From NCBI RefSeq assembly GCF_963921235.1, contig NC_086097.1, positions 132,372,001 to 132,436,000 on the forward strand: a DNA stretch of 64,000 nt, written 5' to 3'. The first letter of the stretch is position 1, and each line of letters starts with the position of its first letter. The notes under the pieces are model-generated. The model made no database searches. It was not told where the DNA came from and saw nothing but the letters and a program-made list of their open reading frames with translations. This stretch comes from Mobula hypostoma. Lineage: Eukaryota. Both the position numbers and the translations under genes were made by a program. This document shows, one piece after another, positions 1 through 12,619 of this stretch.

Positions 1-2063
1 GGAGCAGTTCATTCCAAAGAGGAAGAAAGATTCTAAGGGGAATAAGGGGCGACCGTGGATGACAAGGGAAGTCAAGGACAGTATAAAAATAAAAGAGAGG
101 AAGTATAACATAGCAAGGATGAGCGGGAAGCCTGAGGATTGGGAGACTTTTAAGGAGCAACAGAAGATAACTGGAAAGGCAATACGGGGGGGAAAGATGA
201 GGTACGAAGGTAAGCTAGCCATGAATATAAAGGAGGATAGTAAAAGCTTCTTTAGGTATGTGAAGAGGAAAAAATTAGTTAAGACCAAAGTTGGGCCCTT
301 GAGGACAGAAACGGGTGAAATTATTATGGGGAACAAGGAAATGGCAGACGAGCTGAACAGGTACTTTGGATCTGTCTTCACTAGGGAAGACACAAACAAT
401 CTTGCAGATATAATAGTGGCCAGAGGACCTAGGGTAACGGAGGAACTGAAGGAAATTCGCATTAGGTGGAAAATGGTGTTGGGCAAACTGATGGACCTGA
501 AGGCTGATAAATCCCCAGAGCCTGATGGTCTGCATTCCAGGGTACTTAAGGAGGTGGCTCTAGAAATCGTGGATGCATTGGTAATCATTTTCCAATGTTC
601 TATAGATTCAAGATCAGTTCCTGCGGATTGGAGGGTAGGCTAATGTTATCCCAATTTTTAAGAAAGGAGGGAGAGAGAAAACAGGCGATGATAGACCAGT
701 TAGTCTGATATCAGTGGTGGGGAAGATGCTGGAGTCAATTATAAAGGATGAAATAGCAGCATCTTTGGATAGTAGTAACAGGATCGGTCCGAGTCAGCAT
801 GGATTTACGAAGGGGAAATCATGCTTGACTAACCTTCTGGAATTTTTTGAGGATGTAACTATGAGAATGGACATGGGAAAGCCAGTGGATGTAGTGTACC
901 TGGACTTTCAGAAAGCCTTTGATAAGGTCCCACATAGGAGGTTAGCGGGCAAAATTAGAGCACATGGTATTGGGGGTAGGGTACTGACATGGATAGAAAA
1001 GTGGTTGGAGAACAGGAAACAAAGAGTAGGGATTAACGGGTCCCTTTCAGAATGGCAGGCAGTGACTAGTGGTGTACCGCAAGGCTTGGTGCTGGGAGTG
1101 CAGTTATTTATAATATATATTAATGATTTAGATGAAGGGATTAAAAGTAACATTAGCAAATTTGCAGATGACACAAAGCTGGGTGACTGTGAAATGTGAG
1201 GAGGACGTTATGAGAATGCAGGGTGACTTAGACAGGTTGGGTGAGTGGGCAGATGCAGTTTAATGTGGATAAATGTGAGGTTATCCACTTTGGTGGCAAA
1301 AACAGGAAGGCAGATTACTATCTGAATGGTGTCAAGTTAGGAAAAGGGGAAGTAGAACGAGATCTGGGTGTCCTTGTTCATCAGTCACTGAGAGGAAGCA
1401 TACAGGTACAGCAGGCAGTGAAGAAAGCTAATGGCATGTTGGCCTTCTTAACAAGGGGAGTTGAGTATAGGAGCAAAGAGGTCCTTCTGCAGTTGTACAA
1501 GGCCCTGGTGAGACTCCACCTGGAGTATTGTGTGCAGTTTTGATCTCCAAATTTGAGGAAGGACATTCTTGCTATGGAGGGAGTGCAGCATAGATTCACT
1601 GAGTTAGTTCCAGGGATGGTGGGAATGTCATATGTTGAAAGATTGGAGTAACCGGGCTTGTATAAACTGGAATTTAGAAGGATGAGAGGGGATCTGATTG
1701 AAACATATAAGATTATTAAAGGATTAGACACGCTAGAGGCAGGAAACATGTTCCTGATGTTGGGGGAGTTCAGAACCAGAGACTACAGTTTAAGAATAAG
1801 GGATGGACCATTTAGAATGGAGTTGAGGAAAAACTTTTTCACACAGAGGGTTGTGGATCTGTGGATGCTCTGCCTCAGAAGGCAGTGGAGGCCAATTCTC
1901 TGGATTCTTTCAAGAAAGAGTTAGATAGAGCTCTTAAAAATAGCAGAGTCAATGGATACGGGGAGAAGGCAGGAACAGGGTACTGATTGTGGGTGATCAG
2001 CCATGATCACAGTGAATGGCGGTACTGGCTCGAAGGGGTGAATGAGTTACTCCTGAACCTATT
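1..2063 (+). mobile_element. CR1-clade LINE copy A (ORF2 linker and reverse transcriptase, frameshifted, plus 3' UTR); 5' part lies outside the window
   Basis: ORF pieces 59-643, 714-1199, 1241-1543 and 1658-1924 give CR1 ORF2 motifs ([54 protein letters not shown]). The 3' UTR ends ...AACCTATT at 2063 and its tail resumes at 3451. Confidence 0.95.
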
Positions 2064-3450
2064 CGGTGGTGGGGAAACTGCTGGAGTCAGTTATCAAGGA
2101 TGTGATAACAGCACATTTGGAAAGCGGTGAAATGATCGGACAAAGTCAGCATGGATTTGTGAAAGGAAAATCATGTCTGATGAACCTCATAGAATTTTTT
2201 GAGGATGTAACTAGTAGAGTGGATAGGGGAGAACCAGTGGATGTGGTATATTTGGATTTTCAAAAGGCTTTTGACAAGGTCCCACACAGGAGATTAGTGT
2301 GCAAACTTAAAGCACACGGTATTGGGGGTAAGGTATTGGTGTGGGTGGAGAATTGGTTAGCAGACAGGAAGCAAAGAGTGGGAATAAACAGGACCTTTTC
2401 AGAATGGCAGGCGGTGACTAGTAGGGTACCGCAAGGCTCAGTGCTGGGACCCCAGTTGTTTACAATATATATTAATGACTTGGATGAGGGAATTAAATGC
2501 AGCATCTCCAAGTTTGCGGATGACACGAAGCTGGGTGGCAGTGTTAGCTGTGAGGAGGATGCTAAGAGGATGCAGGGTGACTTGGATAGTTTGGGTGAGT
2601 GGGCAAATTCATGGCAGATGCAATTTAATGTGGATAAACGTGAAGTTATCCACTTTGGTGGCAAAAATAGGAAAACAGATTATTATCTGAGTGGTGGCCG
2701 ATTAGGAAAAGGGGAGGTGCAACGAGACCTGGGTGTCATTATACACCAGTCATTGAAAGTGGGCATGCAGGTACAGCAGGCGGTGAAAAAGGCAAATGGT
2801 ATGCTGGCATTTATAGCGAGAGGATTCGAGTACAGGAGCAGGGAGGTACTACTGCAGTTGTACAAGGCCTTGGTGAGACCACACCTGGAGTATTGTGTGC
2901 ATTTTTGGTCCCCTAATCTGAGGAAAGACATCCTTGCCATAGAGGGAGTACAAAGAAGGTTCACCAGATTGATTCCTAGGATGGCAGGACTTTCATATGA
3001 AGAAAGACTGGATGAACTGGGCTCGTACTCGTTGGAATTTAGAAGATTGAGGGGGGATCTGATTGAAACGTATAAGACCCTAAAGGGATTGGACAGGCTA
3101 GATGCAGGAAGATTGTTCCCGATGTTGGGGAAGTCCAGAATGAGGGGCCACAGTTTGAGGATAGAGGGGAAACCTTTTAGGACCGAGATTAGGAAAAACT
3201 TCTTCACACAGAGAGTAGTGAATCTGTGGAATTCTCTGCCACAGGAAATAGTTGACGCCAGTTCATTGGCTATATTTAAGAGGGAGTTAGATATGGCCCT
3301 TGTGGCTGCGGGGGTCAGGGGGTATGGAGGGAAGGCTGGGGCAGGGTTCTGAGTTGGATGATCAGCCATGATCATAATAAATGGCGGTGCAGGCTCGAAG
3401 GGCCGAATGGCCTACTCCTGCACCTATTTTCTATGTTTCTATGTTTCTAT
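2064..3450 (+). mobile_element. CR1-clade LINE copy B, 5'-truncated and apparently young, with (TTTCTATG)n tail
   Basis: Uninterrupted 428-codon RT and C-terminal frame, followed by a 3' UTR and the tail TTTTCTATGTTTCTATGTTTCTAT ending at 3450. Confidence 0.96.
2066..3352 (+). pseudogene. Truncated CR1 ORF2: open reverse transcriptase and C-terminal region, no endonuclease
   Basis: Contains [32 protein letters not shown] and FADDTKL with no stop. It starts mid-RT, so it is not a complete gene. Confidence 0.9.
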
Positions 3451-3466
3451 TGTCTATTGTCTATTG

Positions 3467-3960
3467 CCTTGATATAGTGGACATGGAGGGGATGTTTCCT
3501 ACAGTGGGGGAGTCTAGGGCCAGAGGGCACAGGGACCTCCCTTTGGAACAATGTTGAGGAGGAATTTACTTGGCCAAAGGGTGGTGAACCTGTGAAATTC
3601 ATTGTCACGATCTGCTGTGGATGCCTAGTCATTGGATACATTAAAAGAGGATATTGATAGGTTCTTGATTAGTAAAGGCATCAAAGGTTATGGGGAGAAG
3701 GCAGGAGAATGAGGTCAAGAGAGATAATAAATCAGCCATGATGGAATGGCAGAACAGAATTGATAGACCAGATGGTCTAATTCTGCTCCTATGTCTTATG
3801 GCCTTTTCCCCAGCATTGGGAAATCAAGAATTAGAGAACGCAGTTTAAGAGTAAAGAGAGAAAAATGTAACAGGAATCTGAGGACCATGTTTTTCATCTG
3901 GAGTTTGGCAGTATTTGGAATGAGCTGCCAGGGAGGTTACAGGGCAATTGTAACATCATA
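3467..3960 (+). mobile_element. Two older CR1 3'-end fragments in tandem
   Basis: 3467-~3803 matches the CR1 ORF2 end and 3' UTR (...CTAATTCTGCTCCTATGTCTTATGG). 3803-3960 is a second, more degraded piece (GGAATGAGCTGCCAG). Confidence 0.8.
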
Positions 3961-4039
3961 GACGTTCAAATGAGGTGATTACAAAGTGTGTGGAGCACGA
4001 GTTAAGTCCTACATCCGTCCTTCCCATCTGTGGGCAAAG

Positions 4040-4335
4040 ATTGCTTCATTCCTTGAGGAAATTGGTTGTAAACCATCAGGGGTCATCCTGACCGCATGAA
4101 TGAAACTGAACATTGTGCAATCATCGTCAGACATTCACATTTCTGATGTTGTGATAGCCGCAAGATCATCGATGAAACAATTGAGGATGCTTGAACGTCT
4201 GACACTGTTCTGAAGAACTTCTTGGGCAGTGATGATTGACTTCCAGCCACAACAGTTGTTGTGCTTTGTCCATTGGAATTGTTTCTTTGATCCTCATTGA
4301 CTTCATTTTAACTAAGACTCCTTGGTGAAATGCAA
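4040..4335 (-). mobile_element. Ancient CR1-like LINE RT fragment, heavily degraded
   Basis: The minus strand gives a decayed VPQGSVL..IF.CFI.DL...SE...DDCTMF motif (TCTGACGATGATTGCACAATGTTCAG). Confidence 0.6.
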
Positions 4336-4699
4336 CATGTCACTGCGGCACTTCATCTCTCTGATCCATATTTCAGAATTGGAATCAGATTTATTATCAG
4401 TATTATGTGATGTAAAATGTGTTGTTTTTCAGCAGCAGTACAAACAGCAGTTCATTATTAGCTGAAGGAGGATGGCGAGGAGCAAACGACAAGAGAGTAT
4501 TTTGACCTCATAAATTTATTTACAGAATTTGGATTTTATTAGCTACAGCAATGTTTATTGCCCATCCATAATTGTTCTAAAATGTTGAAGGTGATCCTCT
4601 TCAATCTCATTAACACTTTACATATCCACAATGAGGATTTCAGGACCTTTCCATGTAATATCATTGAGCCACCATTCTTGGTAGGTCTGTTCTGATGTA

Positions 4700-4797
4700 A
4701 TACACAAAAAGCTGGCGGAACTCCATGGGTCAGGCACACCTATAAGGGGAAATGGACAGTCGATGTTCTGAATCACGACCCTTTATCTGGACTGAAA
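4700..4797 (-). mobile_element. PLE terminal fragment with a degenerate hammerhead
   Basis: ACACAAAAAGCTGGCGGAACTC...CAGTCGATGTT...GACCCTTTATCTGGACTG matches the PLE end seen at 25352-25482. Confidence 0.7.
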
Positions 4798-6184
4798 GAT
4801 AGAGGGGAGCTAGCCAGTATTTGCCCTGAAGTTGGGACTGGGCATTCCCTGAGATCACGGTGGAGCAGTCTGGACATCGATTGTTCTGTGAGGATGAATA
4901 ACACAGGCTGGGAGCAAATATTGGGAAAGAACTACAAAGCACCTATCAGCTCAGTGACCAAAGGAAAAATTTGCTCTTGGTGTTTAATTGACAGCATGCC
5001 CATCCATCTTCTGGATAAGAGAATGAACTGCCCTCTCAAGAAGATTTAGGATTATTTCAAAGAACAGGATTGAAAAAGATAACAGAAATACATGTTCTTA
5101 CTTTCCCTGTGGTTAGCGCAAGATAAACTGAAATATAAAATCTTATTCAGCCTCTCAGCCACTCCCCACCTTTCTGAAAATAATTTGTCTTATTATGGTC
5201 TTTATTATTTAATCTACTGAGAGATGTCTATGCAAATACTCCCCTATTCCCAAGGCAAACAAATAAGAGCGCAGAATATCTATCCATTCCCATGTCTGCT
5301 ACTTAATACTAACCTTGTGGCCTCACATACCATCAATCTCAGCTCCAACAGGACACGAATCGTAATCCTTGTGTCCTATAGAGCATTTGATCATCTGAAT
5401 CTATACTTATCCCTCTGACCTTCAATCCCATTAACAACCAGATATTTATCCAATTATTTTTACAGGAGTTAATTGCTGAATCATCAGCTGCTCTTGAAGG
5501 AGACTGCTTCATATATTCATTACTCCTTAATAATACATACATGACCTCAACTTATAAGTTTCTTTATTGACGTTATTAATGTAGCATAGATGAGTTAATT
5601 GTTCCTGGGTGCATGCTCCTAACGTGGAATCTTGTCCAACTGAAGTGCTGCTTTGTAAAACTAGCCTTATTATTTTATGGGGTCACACAGTGATTGTGCT
5701 ACCAGTTAAATACAGCTCTTTACTTGTCTGCCTCATACTGTAAATGTGATGATGATGGATGCTGGGCCTTCTAACTTACACTCGCATGTCCTTTTCTGCT
5801 ACAACGCATGCAAGGAGGCCACTTTTATTGGCCCCTTGTTGTTCACGTACAAAGGTTAAATACTTCAAACAGACAGAATTGTATAGCATAGAAGCAGGCC
5901 ATTTGGTCCCACTGATTTTTGCCTTTGCTTCTGTTCTGTTCAAGTCTCCATCAGACTAATCCCCTATTGAGACATCAATCTATCCACACCATTCCTAACG
6001 TCCTTTCCCCCACACTACACATTAGAAGTAATTTGTCAGGTAAAATCCTTAGGGATCTCATATATGTTCTAAAAAAACTGTGCGTTTCTTTCTTTCTCTT
6101 TCTCCCCTGTCTAACCTCTGCCCACTAACTCAATAAAATCATGAAGTCAACCAAAACTTTGCTGCCCATGATTTACTGTAATAT

Positions 6185-6750
6185 GGCATGCTGCCTGGAT
6201 AAGAGGGTGCGTTTGGAGGACAAGCTGGACAAACTTAGACCATTTTCTCTGGAGCAGTGGAGGCTGAGAAAAGACCAAACAGAAGGTTATAAGGTTATGG
6301 AAACCTTTGGTAGAGTAGACGGTCGCTATCTTTTTTCTTAGGATCAAAACGTCTCATATTAGAGTGCATGCATTTACAGTAAAGTGACAGGGAGTGAGTT
6401 CAATGGATATATGCAGGGCTAGTTTTTTTTAAGCAGAGTGATGGGTACCTGGAATACTCTGCCAGGTAGTGGAGGGAAATACAATAGAGGTATTTACATA
6501 AGTGGCTCTAAGAGAGGTACATGAATATGCGAGCACAGACGGATATGGATACTGTGAAGGCAGAAGGGAATGGTTCAGTTAGGCACTTACAGTAATTTCC
6601 AGTAATTTACACTTACAGTAATTTTTTGAATTTCCAGCATCTGCAGAATTCCTGTTGTTTGTTGGTTACTTACAGTAATTACTAGTTTTATTAGTTCTGC
6701 GCAACATTGTGGCCCATAGAGGCTTAGTCTTGTGCTGTACTGCTCTCTGT
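6185..6750 (+). mobile_element. CR1 3' fragment containing a short PLE tail insertion (6624-6667)
   Basis: ORF 6141-6341 (LDKLRPFSLEQWRLR) and a CR1-type 3' end. The insert CCAGCATCTGCAGAATTCCTGTTGTTT is the PLE terminus. Confidence 0.75.
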
Positions 6751-6962
6751 TGTTCGAGGTGACAGTGACCTATTTTATTGGACCACTGCAGTCTCTGTGG
6801 TGAAGATATTATATTCCCTCAATACTATTGAGTAGGAATTCCAGGACCAGAGGCAATGAAGGAATATTGACCATTTTCAGGTCAGGTTGGTACTGTATGT
6901 GACGGGAAATGGATGGCGTTGCTATGATTTGCTGTTCTTTCTCCTCCGCGGATGCTGTGGGG

Positions 6963-7435
6963 TTCAGAATCAGAATCAGATTTATTATCATTGACTTTGA
7001 TGATGTGAGATTTGTTGTTCTTCAGCAGCAGTATAGTGCTCATACATAAAATTAATATCAATTACAATATAAATAAATAGTGCAAAGAAAGGAACAACGT
7101 GGAAGTCTTCATAGGTATATGGACTGTTCAGAAATCTGGTGGTGTAGGGGAAGAAGCCGTTTTTGAATCAGTGAGCCTCTGTCTTCAGGCTCCTGTACCT
7201 CCTTCCTGATGGTAGTAATAAGAAGAGGATAGGTCTTAGGTGGTGAGTATCCTTAGTTGCCTTCTTAAGGCATTGTCTCTCAAAGATATCCTTGATAGAG
7301 AGGGTGGTTGTGCCTGTGATGGAGCTGGCTGAGTTTACAGCCCTCTCCAGCTTCTTTTGATCCTGTGCACTGGAGGTTTCATAATGTCCGATCGGAATGC
7401 TCACTGTCTCAGATGGGTGCTCAGAAGGTGCAGTT
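6963..7435 (-). mobile_element. Rex/Babar-type LINE 3' fragment
   Basis: ORF 7168-7476 reads AQDQKKLERAV..ASSITG..LLPSGRRYRSLKT. A (TTCTGA)n tail lies at 6963-6980. Confidence 0.75.
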
Positions 7436-7649
7436 AGAGTAGTCAACATTAAACTAAAATAACTTACCAAAAGCAATGTGAGTAACTGCCATGGATCTTA
7501 CAGATGGTTCACACTTCGACCATCTTACCCTGGCAGAAGAGCAGTGAAAGCTAACAGTGATGAATGAGGAGTCAGTCAAGCAGGCTCCTTTCTCCTGGAT
7601 GGTGTCAAGCTTCTTTGGGTGTTCTTACAATGTAGTCAGGTTTGGAATG

Positions 7650-7960
7650 TGGTACAGCTAACAAAACTGCTGCCTTACAGTTCTAGAAACCCAGCTTTAA
7701 TCCTGTCTTCAGCTTATTATTTTGTGAGTGAAGTTTGTGCTTTATGCTCGTGAGTGTGTGGGTTTTCTCAGGATGCTCCAGTCTTTTCCCATACCCTAAA
7801 CCATTAATTGGTTAATTAGTCTTTGTAACTTGCCCCTAGTGTGTGGGTGAGTGGTAGAATCTGGGAAAGCTGATGGGAATGTGAGGAGAATAGAATGGGA
7901 TATATGCACGATGGCTGTTGCAGACTTGATGGACTGAGTGCTTCTGTTCCATGCTGCACG
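7650..7960 (+). mobile_element. V-SINE, degraded
   Basis: V-domain-like GTGTGGGTTTTCTCAGGATGCTCCAGTCTTTTCCCA and a CR1-like 3' tail. Confidence 0.7.
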
Positions 7961-8066
7961 ATCCTAATGTAAGAAATATTGTGGCAATCCGGCTGGCGTG
8001 GCTGACAACTCACTCAATTATTCCTGGCGGCCAGCACTGCTTATTGTTCTTGTGTTAGAATGCATT

Positions 8067-8495
8067 TGTGGGATTGCGGTGGTATGTTCCAGTTCATTTA
8101 CTGTTACATTTTAGCTTATACAGTTAAATGGTTATACAGTTATCAGCTGGGGAGGGGGAGGGGATGGGACCAAGTATGAGTCTACTGCCCCTCTCGGAAG
8201 AAGGGACTATCCCCCACAAGCTGGGAAGCCACTGTGTGGGATTATAGTGGAATGTCCCAATTCATTTATTGTTACATTTTACCTTGGGTTATACAGTTAT
8301 TAGCTTGTGTGTTTGTGAGTCACCCTGACTGTAATGGGGTGTGTAATAATCACCTCCCCCATCTCTATGTGACTGAGTGGGTTCTCACTGAGCGATAGTG
8401 CTCTGTCTGTAATTGTGCTTGTGGAAATAAAACCAGTAGTTGAGATCAACAAGCTCTTCTTGTCTGTCATCATGGACCGAATACTCGGCACAATA
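8067..8495 (+). mobile_element. Probable solo LTR with an internal direct duplication
   Basis: Starts TGTGG and ends CACAATA. AATAAA at 8426. Possible 4-bp TSD CATT/CGTT. An imperfect ~70-bp direct repeat starts at 8067 and 8235. Confidence 0.45.
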
Positions 8496-9769
8496 CGTTG
8501 CTCAATTTCCAGGCAGTAAGGTCGCATGTAATGAAACATTCTTAAACTATGTGTACTTTATGTCCAAAAATTGGTCGTCTGCTGACATAGACGCAGAATT
8601 TTTAAAGAGCATTTTGAATCAAATTCATCAATGAAAATTGACCTGATCAGATTGACTCCTTGTTTCAAAGACTTTAAGATCTTGCTTGGGTGGGTCTGCC
8701 ATAAGTCACATACCTGTTTATAAATAAAATACTTGTGGATTCAGTTCGTACTCCAGAGCTCAGAACATGGAGGCCTAGTGGCTCTCTGTGCAGAGGTAGT
8801 GTGAGAATGTTGTACTCTCAAAGATCTTGTTTACTGGATTAACAAGACACTCTTCTCTCTCAGATGATCCTTCTTCAAAAAGGAGTTAAAGAATGATCTG
8901 AAACTTGCACTGATGGTAATATTTATTTCATTTGCAGCGAAATATTAAAAAATTTAATGCCCCATATTTGTGTTTGTTGTCATGGAGGCCGAGGGACACA
9001 AAAGTTAGTATGACAGCCTCCCAGCTCCAGGGATGCAGGTTCACACTGCATCTATGGCACTCTGTGTAAAATCTGCACATCCCCCCTGTGTCGTCAGTGC
9101 CGTGATTTCCTCTCACATGCTAAAGATCAGCTTTAGGGTAATTACCTGCTGTAAAGTACCCTTTATGTCAGGTGGGTGGCAAGGGGAGCAAATGGGCATG
9201 TGTGAGAGTACTAGGAAGTAAGAAAATGGGGATGCAACTGATAAGTACATTACTGTGACAGTGAGAAGTTTTTACAGAGTCAACGGGAAGGAAGTTGGTT
9301 TGCGTGATGGTCGGAGATGCATTCACATCTGTCAGGATATCTTGTGATCTTGGGCACACCAAGTTCTGATGCAAGTTGATAGGAAGCCTTTTATTGTTCA
9401 TCTGTAAAACTGATTGGGGTTATCAGGGACCAGCGTAGCCCCAGTAGGCTGAGGGGCCTCCTTCTGTATCCAAATATCTGCAATTTCTCCAAGGCAATTT
9501 GTTTGACCAGCAGTATTTTGCAAACTTGTAAAATCATCTTTTTGCAATGACATCTGTTAGCAACTAATCAAGAGAAGTGAAATCAGACCTCATGGGTCTC
9601 TAAGTATTTTTGGGCAACTTTCATCAAGGCATTTGGTGAACATTATCACTCTATGGCTGAAAGTTGTTCCCTGGTCATTGTGTCTCACTAGTCTATATTG
9701 TCCAACCTAACTTGCTCGGTCTATACTCCATATATATTTTATGCACATTCTTCCTCTGTGGTACATTCC

Positions 9770-10110
9770 CCAGGTCATTCCCCACCCAGATCATTCTCTC
9801 TTGTCATATCTGCCGTTGGGCAGAATATATGAAAGCTTAAAAACACGTACCACCAGGCTCAAGGATGGCTTCTATCCTGGTGATATCAGACCCTCTGCTA
9901 TGGTAAATGATGAACTCTTCATCTCTTGGACTGATCACCGTGGTCCTTGCATTTTATTTGTTCACCTGCACTGAACTTTCTCTGTAACTGTCATACTGTA
10001 TTCTGCATTCTCTTTCCTTTTCACTACCTTGATGTGCCTGTGTGTGACACAATCTGACTGGATGGCATGCATACAAATGCTTTTCACTATACCAGAGTAC
10101 ATGTAACAAA
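9770..10110 (+). mobile_element. Rex/Babar-type LINE 3' end
   Basis: Reads HP.HSLLSYLPLGR.Y.SLKTRTTRLKDGFYP, followed by the family 3' UTR. Confidence 0.7.
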
Positions 10111-10459
10111 GATATGACTCACCTATTCATGCTCTCCGCGTCAGGTGTTGTAGGTTCTGAAGAGCAAGATAGTGGCATTGCAGCAACATGTATAAACCTT
10201 GTTTTAAAGCACTTTGTATGGATCAGATAACTGAATCATTAATACATGGATTTCAGTTCTGTTCCACAGACTTGAACCCAAAAATTTTGGCTGGAAGCTT
10301 GTACAGGTGGGAGAAGTTCAGCAGAAATCTCTATCGCCTTCTGCATGAGATGTTGAGCAACAGACTCACCTGTTTTGATGATGATTTATCTCTCAAGCTG
10401 CACTAGTGAAGAGTCTGTTCTGGTTTTGATTTCTTATGTAATGGTAGATCACACTTCTA

Positions 10460-11235
10460 TGTCAAGTTGATTTTTATGTCCATAAGTACAGTGATGTAGA
10501 GGTGCAACGAAGAACTTGCTTGCAGTACTGTAACCGGCATGTAGACAGACACAACACACAGAACATAAATTGCACATAAAGTAAATGAGACAATGAAGAA
10601 AAAACCTATTGTTAAACAAATCATTAGTTCAAAAATACAATTAGATATAAGACAATGATAGTGCAAGAGGTGATCATGCTATTTAGTTTCTGAGGTAAGT
10701 TTGGGTTGTGCAGGTCTGTTCAAGAACAAGTAGAACCTACTTTCTGTAGTCTCTTACATTTCTGTGTGTTGCAACTGTCATATCAGGTCATGATGCAATC
10801 AATCAGGATACTTACAAAGGTACATCTGTGCAATTTAAAAAAAAAATTGGTGTCATGCCAATCTTTCTTGTTTTATTATATAAAATATATTATTATATGA
10901 AATATTATGTTATTATAAAAATATTGTATAAGGCGCCATGGTAGCGTAGCAGTTACAGTGGTGCTATTTCAGCTTGGGGATTGAAGTTCGGAGTTTAATT
11001 CCAGTGCCATCTGTAACAAGTTTGTTCATTCTCCAGAGGAAACGGTGTGGGTTTCCTCAAGGTGCTCCGGTTTCCTCCCTCAGTCCAAAGACATACCAGT
11101 TAGTAGGTTAATTGTTAATTGTCCTGTAATTAGGCTAGGTTTAAATAGGTGGGTTGTTGAGTGGCAAGGCTAGAAGGGCCTGTTCTATGCTGTATCTGTA
11201 AATAGTGTAACTTTCTGAGAAAGTAGAGGTGCCGC
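10460..11235 (-). mobile_element. Rex/Babar-type LINE fragment interrupted by a V-SINE
   Basis: 3' UTR at 10460-10700, decayed SILI.CIMTWY at ~10780-10830, and an LYFLRK piece at 11211-11235. Confidence 0.55.
10932..11204 (+). mobile_element. tRNA-derived V-SINE (HE1-like)
   Basis: A-box-like TGGTAGCGTAGC, B-box-like GAGTTTAATTCC, V-domain GTGGGTTTCCTCAAGGTGCTCCGGTTTCCTCCCTCAGTCCAAAGAC, and a CR1-derived tail GGGCCTGTTCTATGCTGTATC. Confidence 0.85.
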
Positions 11236-11464
11236 TTAAGGTAATGCAGAAGTGAGGAAGCATTCCTCTTCTCAGAGATTCATGAATGATAAGAATTGTC
11301 CACCCTAGAGAGTGACACTACAGTGGCATTGGGTAGAGAGGATATCAAGAATTATGGGGAACATACATCAAATGGCATTGAGGCCAGGATTAACTCAACG
11401 ATCATCTCATACAGAATGACAGAGCAGGTTCAAGAGGCCAAACGTCCAACTTCTAGTCATGAAC

Positions 11465-11625
11465 ACATTGCAGCTTGTGGGAGCTTGCTGTGTCCGAAAT
11501 GCCTATCACCATTTTAAATTAAAACAGTGGACTCTACTGATTGAAAAGTGTGCTTTGAATGCAAAGTCCTATGGAATGTCCTGAAAGGATTGTAAATAGT
11601 GTTATAAAAACACAGGCCTTTCTTT
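11465..11625 (+). mobile_element. DeuSINE (SacSINE1-like) 3' fragment
   Basis: ACATTGCAGCTTGTGGGAGCTTGCTGTG... resembles the 3' region of the copy at 32325-32748. Confidence 0.55.
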
Positions 11626-12619
11626 AGTTAAAGTGCGACAGGAGATACTTAGCTTAAAGGTTAACATCCTCCACCCCCCCCCCACCCCAAGTTCAATGAA
11701 ATGCTTTCCTTCTATATGGTTGCCATCCCATCTCTATTTATGACCTCTGCGTTAGAGAATGATGAGCAATTTTTCTTCCCAGTGTAGCCTGATAGAGCCA
11801 AAGACAACTCACGAAGTCTAGGAAATAGTTAAAGGCACGAAATACCTTATCTGCTGCAACAAAAGGAAATATTGGTTACTAGTAATCAATAAAAAGCTTT
11901 TTTTTAGCAGTTCCTTTTAAGGAATCGTGTATGATGTGGTGTGCTCAGTAACAATTTTTTTAGAGGCACATCACAGCGAGGGACACTGGTTCATGTAAGG
12001 TTCACCCATTACATTGCCCTCCTACCAGCTGGAGGCTAACCAGACTGATAACCCCAAACTGCCTTAGCACAGACCCAATGATTTTTACATCAAACAGCCT
12101 GATGTACTGCTTTGCTGTCTACCAATCCTGATTCATCATTGATCCATTCTTAAATGAGCCTTCTCAGCTTTGTACCATGAGCAATAATTAAAAAAACAGC
12201 ACATTGATTTTAACTAATATTATGAAGGATCAGGAAGTCCACATGTTCACAATTAAATCCCAAAGACTTCAGCTATCGTTCATCATATGACATAGTCTGC
12301 TAATTAAAATGCAAACCCAGTAAGAGCAAAACTAACATCTGTGCAATTAAACATGAGAAATTTTGTTTTATTTTTGGGTTTTATTAGAAATCTCCCCGGA
12401 TTACAGGCTCGCGGATTTTTTTACTCTTAGCCCACTAAATCAAGCGAAGCCCGAGAAGGGAAAAGGAGATGTCTGTGTCTTACGCCTTCATGGCAACTCT
12501 GGAGCCGTGCACTAACCCGACAAGACAGCATCACTGCATAAAGTAGTCCACCATGACACTGATGCATTATTGCGTCATTTGCTCCTGCTTGCTGTCAATG
12601 ATATTTACAGATATTATTG

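Noticed and set aside
2066..3352. 428-aa ORF as a functional or domesticated RT gene
   Set aside because: It starts mid-RT at a truncation junction, has no endonuclease or promoter, and ends in a normal CR1 3' UTR and tail. The open frame reflects youth.
2260..3375. Long antisense ORFs over CR1 copies (also 908-1174, 1381-1749 and 29031-29889)
   Set aside because: These are shadow frames of the RT coding strand that recur in every copy.
8864..8915. Apparent AG...GT-bounded exon after CTCTTCTCTCTCAG
   Set aside because: There are stop codons in all three frames and no supporting neighbouring exons.
11964..11994. Possible microexon (TTTTTAG...GTAAGG)
   Set aside because: Its length is not a multiple of three, the peptide is unrecognisable and there is no gene context.
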